From the NCBI GenBank assembly GCA_964558475.1, contig CAZLEB010000004.1:1-32301 (forward strand): 32,301 bases of DNA. The letters run 5' to 3'. The notes under the pieces were generated by a model, which ran no database searches, was not told the DNA's origin, and saw only the letters and a list, made by a program, of their open reading frames with translations. This stretch comes from an uncultured Actinomycetota bacterium. GTDB taxonomy: Bacteria > Actinomycetota > Humimicrobiia > Humimicrobiales > Humimicrobiaceae. Positions 26,534 through 32,301 of the stretch are shown one piece after another; position 1 is the first letter of the stretch; every line of letters begins with the position of its first letter. The position numbers and the translations under genes were made by a program.

Positions 26534-27640
26534 TTAGGATGTTACCTCTTTTATAAAATCAAGACCTTCTTCAGATATTACTTTTATATTACTGCTAATT
26601 TTTTCAATATCCTTTCTGGCATAGTTATCAATAGTCAAATTTTCTTTATTAAAAATGCCGTCAGGGACCAGTATCTTCTCATATATTTCTATTTTCTCTT
26701 TACTTAAGTTTGATATTATATCTTTCCCTCCTAAAAGTCCTGTTATTTTTATATTTCCGCCAAAGAATTTATTCTCTACTACTAATATTTTAATATAAGA
26801 AACTATCTTTTCTCCAATACTGCTTAATTTCTTTAAAATAATATTTAAAGTGTGATTAATTATAACTTCCCCATATTCTGATGTGATTATTAATATATAT
26901 TTTTTATCTTCATAAGATTTGTCAGGATTATAATTATATTTTATATAATCTTCCACTTGTTTTAAAAAACCAGCACTTTTCCCAATTCCATTTTCTATCT
27001 GATGAAAATCTCCGTAATATCCATATCCGGGAAAACCGACCCCTGCCAGTATATAAAACTCATCAGAAAGATAAATATTACGAGCTTTCTTTAACGACCC
27101 GTGATCCTTCTTAAACCTATTTACATCTTTTATAATCCTTAAGGCACTTTTTCTTGTATATGGTCTTAAATTATCGTTATTATTAAATCTGGTAATTCCT
27201 ACCGGAACAATACCTATTGATAATATATTCTTAAAATCGTTAATTAATGTAAAAAGTGTGTCTTTTAAATCCTTTCCGTCATTGATTCCAGGGCACAGTA
27301 CTATCTGGATATTTGTTTTAATGCCGTTTCTATCAAGAATTCCAAGATTTTCCAGTCCTGACATATTTCTTCTATTGCCAAAAATTACTGCCCTTATGTC
27401 CTCGTTCAAGCTGTGTACTGAAATATAGAGTGGCTCTAATCTATATTTTATTATTTTATTTAAATCCTCTTCTGTAATATTGGTAAGAGTTATAAAATTG
27501 CCGTATGTATAAGAAAGCAGATAATCGTCATCTTTTACATATAAAGAAGACCTTAGGTTTTTAGGAAGCTGTTTTATAAAACAAAATATGCAGTCATTTT
27601 TGCAGGTTTTTATTTTTTTTAGTAATTTATAATTTTTCAA
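26534..27640 (-). CDS. Radical-SAM protein of the DUF512 type
   Basis: A CxxxCxxC cluster (CKNDCIFC) lies at residues 13-20. Its position immediately upstream of der is typical of DUF512 genes. The TTG start overlaps the ispH 3' end by 14 nt. There is no room for an N-terminal PDZ domain. Confidence 0.72.
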   Translation of the reverse strand: MKNYKLLKKIKTCKNDCIFCFIKQLPKNLRSSLYVKDDDYLLSYTYGNFITLTNITEEDLNKIIKYRLEPLYISVHSLNEDIRAVIFGNRRNMSGLENLGILDRNGIKTNIQIVLCPGINDGKDLKDTLFTLINDFKNILSIGIVPVGITRFNNNDNLRPYTRKSALRIIKDVNRFKKDHGSLKKARNIYLSDEFYILAGVGFPGYGYYGDFHQIENGIGKSAGFLKQVEDYIKYNYNPDKSYEDKKYILIITSEYGEVIINHTLNIILKKLSSIGEKIVSYIKILVVENKFFGGNIKITGLLGGKDIISNLSKEKIEIYEKILVPDGIFNKENLTIDNYARKDIEKISSNIKVISEEGLDFIKEVTS

Positions 27641-28475
27641 CTGCTTTTTTTACATCTATTATATCTTCTATCGGCGTAGATGCACCACCGCTTATTCCAA
27701 CCAATTTTACATTTTTAAACCATTGCGGTTTAATTTCCCTGTAATTTTCAATATGATAAGTAGACGCATTAAACTTTTTTGATATATCCATCAGATGTCT
27801 TGTATTTTCACTGTTTTTCCCGCCTACAACTATCATCATATCAACGTTTTTTGCCAGCTCTTTAGCTAAATCCTGCCTTTTTTTAGTGGTATTGCAGATA
27901 GTGTTATATATGACCAATTCTTTAGTTTTTTCCAGTAATTTATCCGTAATCAAACGTAGTTTCTCTATTGTTTGTGTCGTTTGAACAACTACTCCTATTT
28001 TTTTCTTATCAACTAATTTTTCTGCATCCTTTTTGCTTTCTATTACCATATAATTTTCATTTAATATATGATCTTTTATTCCAATTACCTCAGGATGGTT
28101 TTTATTACCAATAATCAGAACAAAGTATCCGTCCTTGCTGAGAGCTTCAGCTCTGGCCTGAGCCTTTTTTACAAAAGGGCAGGTTGCATCAATAATCTCT
28201 ACACTCTTTTTTTTAATCTCATTTATTAATTTTGGGGACATCCCGTGTGATCTTATAATAAAAATGCTGCCAGGTTTTATTTCTTTTAATTCTCTAGCTG
28301 AAATCAAACCTTTTTTTGCCAGCTCACTTGTTACTCCTGAATTATGAATAATAGAACCAAGGGTAAAAATTTTAGTTTTTTTATTTTGATTTTCTTTTAA
28401 TATTCCGTTTAATATTTTTAGAGCCCTCTTTACACCAAAACAATATCCCGAATGTCTTGCAGTTTTTACTTTCAT
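27627..28475 (-). CDS. ispH: 4-hydroxy-3-methylbut-2-enyl diphosphate reductase
   Basis: The three cluster Cys contexts are GYCFGVKRA, ATCPFV and NTICNTT. Length is 282 aa. Confidence 0.92.
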   Translation of the reverse strand: MKVKTARHSGYCFGVKRALKILNGILKENQNKKTKIFTLGSIIHNSGVTSELAKKGLISARELKEIKPGSIFIIRSHGMSPKLINEIKKKSVEIIDATCPFVKKAQARAEALSKDGYFVLIIGNKNHPEVIGIKDHILNENYMVIESKKDAEKLVDKKKIGVVVQTTQTIEKLRLITDKLLEKTKELVIYNTICNTTKKRQDLAKELAKNVDMMIVVGGKNSENTRHLMDISKKFNASTYHIENYREIKPQWFKNVKLVGISGGASTPIEDIIDVKKAVEKL

Positions 28476-28500
28476 ATTTATTCTTAAGAACCTTTACTTT

Positions 28501-29148
28501 CTATTTTATCTTATTATATATTTTACTTATTTCTTTCATTGTTCTATCAACTATTATACTTACTGCTTCTTTTTTATTGTGCTCTTTTAAAATATGCTTG
28601 ACATCTATTATATCTCCAATAATCAGTTTGATTTTTGGAAAAAATACTCTCTTGTGGGGTTTTTGAATTATTTTATTCGTTCCACTAAGAGCTACAGGTA
28701 AAATGGAAGTACTGCTAACTGCCGATATAAATCCTAAACCTTTCTTTCCCTTTCTTAAGATACCATCAGTAGATCTTGTACCTTCCGGGAATAAACACAG
28801 AACGTTTTCGTTTTTTAAAATTTCAAATGAGGTATAAAATGCTTTTCTGTCAAAAGCCTGACGGCTCACAGGAAAAGCATTAAAAAATGTTACTAGAGAG
28901 GACAAAAACTTACTGCTGTATAATTCTTTTTTTGCCATAAAATAAATGCACCTTGGAATAAATGCCCCTATTATCACCGGATCAACATAACTTATATGGT
29001 TTGAGCATATTATCAGACTGCCTTTAACGGGTACTTTATATAAGTCTATCTTCTCTACCCTGTATAAAAGCGTAAAAATAACTTTTAGCACGAATTGTAC
29101 TATTCTGTATAAAATAAAATAGGATTTACTGTGCTTTGTTTTTAACAT
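28501..29148 (-). CDS. plsC: 1-acyl-sn-glycerol-3-phosphate acyltransferase
   Basis: Acyltransferase motifs are NHISYVD (HX4D) and FPEGTRS. The start overlaps the cmk 3' end by 23 nt. Confidence 0.85.
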   Translation of the reverse strand: MLKTKHSKSYFILYRIVQFVLKVIFTLLYRVEKIDLYKVPVKGSLIICSNHISYVDPVIIGAFIPRCIYFMAKKELYSSKFLSSLVTFFNAFPVSRQAFDRKAFYTSFEILKNENVLCLFPEGTRSTDGILRKGKKGLGFISAVSSTSILPVALSGTNKIIQKPHKRVFFPKIKLIIGDIIDVKHILKEHNKKEAVSIIVDRTMKEISKIYNKIK

Positions 29149-29827
29149 TTATTCTCTCAAAATATAATTTCTTAATTTCATCAACAACTTCTCTTACTGA
29201 TAATCTGGATGTATCAATTATAATTCCGTTTTCCGGTATTCTCAGTGGACTGTCTTTCCTGCTGCTATCAATCCTATCCCTGCTAATAATTTCATTTTTA
29301 ATTACTTCTTTTTTTAAAAACTGCCCCTTTTCTCTGACCTGCAAATCTCTTCTCCTTATTCTTACGCTCAAGCTTGCAGTCAGAAATATCTTTAATGTTG
29401 CATCCGGACACACCACACTTCCTGTATCTCTTCCCTCAAGGACAGCATTACCATCTTCTATAAACTTTTTCTGGAGACTTACGAGGTATTTCCTAACTCC
29501 CGATAATTTAGAAACAATAGAAACTGCGGCTCCCACTTCAATGCTTCTAATTTTATTAGTTACATCTTTTCCATCGATTTTTACTTCAGTATATTTATTT
29601 TCATCTGCTGAATTGCTATCAAGCTCAAGATTTACATTTCTGGCAAGCTTTAATATGGACCTTTCATCCTTATAATCTATTTTATTCTGAAGGGCAATAA
29701 GGGTAATTGCCCTATACATGGCACCGGTGTCAACATATTTTAAACCCAATTCTCTGGCTAAAATTTTGGCTACTGTGCTTTTACCGCTTCCGGCAGGTCC
29801 ATCTATTGTAATAATGTTTTTAGGCAT
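29126..29827 (-). CDS. cmk: Cytidylate kinase
   Basis: The P-loop is IDGPAGSGKST, and YVDTGAMYR and LEGRDTG are present. Length is 233 aa. Confidence 0.93.
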   Translation of the reverse strand: MPKNIITIDGPAGSGKSTVAKILARELGLKYVDTGAMYRAITLIALQNKIDYKDERSILKLARNVNLELDSNSADENKYTEVKIDGKDVTNKIRSIEVGAAVSIVSKLSGVRKYLVSLQKKFIEDGNAVLEGRDTGSVVCPDATLKIFLTASLSVRIRRRDLQVREKGQFLKKEVIKNEIISRDRIDSSRKDSPLRIPENGIIIDTSRLSVREVVDEIKKLYFERINVKNKAQ

Positions 29828-29875
29828 TATTTAATCAATATACATTCTTTTAATATTATACTATTCTCTCCTATC

Positions 29876-31165
29876 TTACTGTGCCAGGACTTTTTTTAGA
29901 TTATATCTAAAATCGGGAAAGGACGTATTGATACAATCAGAATCAAGGATGGTTACATTTCCGGTTGATAGCAAAGCCAGTATCGAAAGAGACATCGCAA
30001 TCCTATGATCACAAAAGCTCTCCACTATTCCCTCACCTGCCCGGAAATTTTCATCTCCTTTTATTACCATACCATCCTCTTTTTCCTCTATGTTTACCTT
30101 TAATTTTTTAAACTGGCTTACAATAGACCTTATTCTGTCACTTTCCTTATATCTTAGTTCTTCGGCACCTCTAATTACTGTCTTACCCCTGGCAACAGCC
30201 GCAGCCACACACAATATCGGTATCTCATCAATTATAGTAGGGATTTTTTCTTTTTCTATTTCTATAGAATTTAATTTACTGGAAAAAATTTCAATATCCA
30301 CAACCGGTTCATTATTTATAATTCTCTTATTTTTAATAACTATCTTACCACCCATCTTTTCAAGAATTTCTACAAAATAGCTTCTGGTGGGATTCAAACC
30401 GATATCTCTTATAATAGTATGTGAATCTTTTAAAATTAGAGTTGCAACAATAAAAAAAGCTGCTGAAGAAATATCGCCGGGTATATAAATTTTTCTGGCG
30501 ATTAACTTTTTACCCGGATTTAATTTTGTGTATTTACCATCATATGTAATATCCGCTCCAAAGTACTGGAGCATACGCTCTGTATGATCCCTTGAAACTT
30601 GAGGTTGAATTATTTCGGTGGTACCTTTTGCGTTAAGCGCTGCCATAAGTATACAGGATTTAACCTGTGCACTTGACACCTTAAGTTCAAATTTTTTTCC
30701 TTCCAAATTATTATTTCCAAATATAACTATAGGAGCTTTTGAATTATTCTCTCTTCCACTTATTTTTGCCCCCATTTCCATAAGCGGCTCCATTATTCTT
30801 CTCATGGGCCTGTTGTTTATTGACCTGTCACCACTTAATACAGACATGAAATTAGTTGCAGCCAGAACACCGCTCATTATTCTTATTGTGGTTCCTGAAT
30901 TTCCAACATCCAGTATTTCATCAGGTTCCTTGAGGTTTTTAATACCCCTGCCGTATACTATTAAATTACCATTTATTTTTTCAATTTTTACCCCTAATTT
31001 ATTTAAGATATCTATAGTTTTTATACAATCCTGACAGAACAAGAAATTTTCTATTGCAATGTTATTATTAACTAGTGATGATATGATCACACTTCTATGT
31101 GAAATCGACTTATCACCTGGAACTTTTAATTCCCCTCTTATACTTTTTGCCCCATGTATTTCCAT
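29876..31165 (-). CDS. aroA: 3-phosphoshikimate 1-carboxyvinyltransferase (EPSP synthase)
   Basis: Motifs are VPGDKSISHRS, LDVGNSGTTIR and the C-terminal DHRIAMS. Length is 429 aa. Confidence 0.95.
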   Translation of the reverse strand: MEIHGAKSIRGELKVPGDKSISHRSVIISSLVNNNIAIENFLFCQDCIKTIDILNKLGVKIEKINGNLIVYGRGIKNLKEPDEILDVGNSGTTIRIMSGVLAATNFMSVLSGDRSINNRPMRRIMEPLMEMGAKISGRENNSKAPIVIFGNNNLEGKKFELKVSSAQVKSCILMAALNAKGTTEIIQPQVSRDHTERMLQYFGADITYDGKYTKLNPGKKLIARKIYIPGDISSAAFFIVATLILKDSHTIIRDIGLNPTRSYFVEILEKMGGKIVIKNKRIINNEPVVDIEIFSSKLNSIEIEKEKIPTIIDEIPILCVAAAVARGKTVIRGAEELRYKESDRIRSIVSQFKKLKVNIEEKEDGMVIKGDENFRAGEGIVESFCDHRIAMSLSILALLSTGNVTILDSDCINTSFPDFRYNLKKVLAQ

Positions 31166-31167
31166 TT

Positions 31168-32289
31168 TTACTCACTTAATACTTTTTTTACACTCACTTT
31201 ATAACCTGCTTTTTCAATTGCTTCCTTTGTAATTTTACCAGCATCTTCACCTTGAACCAGCACTTTAAGGATACCACCACCGCTAAACTCTGTTGAATGA
31301 AAAATGGATATATCTTCAATATTAATTCCATGAGAACTTATAGCCAGCGTTATTTCGCTTAAAACACCTGCTTTATCAGGTATTGCAACCATGAGTTCAT
31401 ATAACTTTGAAATGTCCTTTTCCACATATTTTGGCAGATTAATTCTTGCTTTCCGTGCTTTTAGGTAATGTTTTTTTATTGATTCTGTATTTTCTTTCTG
31501 GAGGTTACTTTTAAATTTTGTCAAATATTTTATATATTCATCTATCGATTTCATTAGCTTATCTTTATTTTCCAGACTTATATCAAGCCACATTTTTGTA
31601 TTTGCAGCAGCAATTCTGGTCATATCCCTAAAACCTCCTGCACATAATTTAAATAAATTCTTCATCTTCTTTTGCTTGTCATCAACCATATCGACCAGAT
31701 TTGTAGAGAGAATATGAGGAAGGTGGCTTATCAATGCTACATTTTCATCATGTTCCTTAGGCTTCATAGAGATTACTTTTGCACCGATTTTTGTAAATAA
31801 AGAATGCAATGTAACCAGAGGTTCAGATTTAGTAGTATCAGTAGGAGTTAAAATATAAAATATGTTTCTGAATAATTCCGGAGTAGCACTTAAGATACCT
31901 TCGTTTTCCGAGCCAGCCATAGGATGACCTCCTATAAAAAATACTCCATCAGGCAATATTTCACTGACCCTTTTAACTATTTTTTCTTTAGCGCTGCCTA
32001 CATCTGTAATAATCGCTCCTTTTTTTAAATAATCTTTAATATGCTTTACAACTTCAACTATTTTACTTATAGGTGTTGCTATTATTATCAAGTCAGCATC
32101 CGTTACTGCTTCTTTATAATCCTTGGCAATAATATCTATTATATTTCTATATTTGGCTATATTCATTGCTTCACCTTCAATATCATACCCAGTTATAATA
32201 AAATCCTGGTTAATATTCTTTAAAGATAAAGCCAATGATCCTCCTATAAGCCCCAGGCCTATTACTGCTATTTTTTTAATAATTCTCAT
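31168..32289 (-). CDS. tyrA: Prephenate dehydrogenase with C-terminal ACT domain
   Basis: The N-terminal NAD-binding motif is IAVIGLGLIGGSLALS, and GGHPMAGSE is present. The C-terminal ACT-like segment reads LMVAIPDKAGVLSEITLAISSHGINIEDI. Only 2 nt separate it from aroA. Confidence 0.88.
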   Translation of the reverse strand: MRIIKKIAVIGLGLIGGSLALSLKNINQDFIITGYDIEGEAMNIAKYRNIIDIIAKDYKEAVTDADLIIIATPISKIVEVVKHIKDYLKKGAIITDVGSAKEKIVKRVSEILPDGVFFIGGHPMAGSENEGILSATPELFRNIFYILTPTDTTKSEPLVTLHSLFTKIGAKVISMKPKEHDENVALISHLPHILSTNLVDMVDDKQKKMKNLFKLCAGGFRDMTRIAAANTKMWLDISLENKDKLMKSIDEYIKYLTKFKSNLQKENTESIKKHYLKARKARINLPKYVEKDISKLYELMVAIPDKAGVLSEITLAISSHGINIEDISIFHSTEFSGGGILKVLVQGEDAGKITKEAIEKAGYKVSVKKVLSE

Positions 32290-32301
32290 CTTGTAAAACC
32301 T

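Noticed and set aside
29136-29675. 179-aa ORF on the + strand, antisense to cmk. Similar antisense ORFs are at 30618-31034 and 30090-30380 (aroA), 17532-17900 and 17573-17809 (MerR and the 130-aa gene), 5083-5316 (rny), 14320-14755 (ilvC), 24298-24630 (gpsA), and others.
   Set aside because: Each lies entirely inside a strongly supported gene on the opposite strand. They translate to low-complexity S/L/F/I-rich sequence typical of stop-poor antisense frames in AT-rich genomes. They have no RBS or recognisable motifs.
1-32301. Searched for CRISPR repeats, IS or transposase genes, integrases, toxin-antitoxin pairs and known defence-system genes
   Set aside because: None was recognised. No regularly spaced repeats and no recombinase-like ORFs were found. 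The only truncation signal is the phosphohexomutase fragment next to tRNA-Pro, reported separately.

Overview
The window is low-GC (roughly 30%), densely packed bacterial chromosome made up almost entirely of housekeeping genes. I saw no transposase, integrase, CRISPR array, rRNA or obvious prophage. The + strand block (2980-16344) reads tyrS, a 0.5 kb ORF-free gap, rny, a stand-alone GHKL ATPase, spoVS, miaB, miaA, dapF, an LL-DAP-type aminotransferase, hflX, then (after minus-strand lexA and ilvC) a YneA-like LysM protein and dut. The minus strand carries a class A PBP with PASTA repeats (1-2779; it runs off the left edge and is missing from the supplied ORF track), lexA and ilvC (13527-15255), and one long co-directional block (32289 down to 16644). 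That block reads tyrA, aroA, cmk, plsC, ispH, a DUF512 radical-SAM protein, der, gpsA, tRNA-Pro(GGG), a truncated phosphohexomutase fragment, an FHA protein, a MerR-like protein, a DD-carboxypeptidase, a DUF3048 lipoprotein, hpt, a DUF151 bifunctional-nuclease-family protein, a second MerR, a 130-aa nuclease-fold-like hypothetical, and a hexapeptide acetyltransferase. Six things are worth a second look. (1) An FHA-MerR ... DUF151-MerR gene set, which from memory is an actinobacterial-type cluster, is here split by translationally coupled cell-envelope genes. The second MerR has a clean promoter followed by two tandem 14-bp palindromes. (2) An SOS module has one Cheo-type LexA box at the lexA promoter and two boxes that are exact reverse complements of each other on the promoter of a YneA-like division-inhibitor candidate. 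ilvC is wedged between the two halves. (3) An orphan GHKL ATPase overlaps the rny stop codon, upstream of spoVS. (4) A 0.5 kb ORF-free region upstream of rny has a canonical promoter and a terminator-like hairpin. (5) A C-terminal-only phosphohexomutase fragment abuts tRNA-Pro. (6) The class A PBP has four or more PASTA repeats. I cannot show that any of these is a new system. All functional calls come from motif recognition by eye and need HMM or BLAST confirmation. The taxon is not identifiable from the sequence alone. Firmicutes-like signals (RNase Y, SpoVS, Cheo box, YneA-like) sit alongside the Actinobacteria-like FHA/MerR/DUF151/MerR set.
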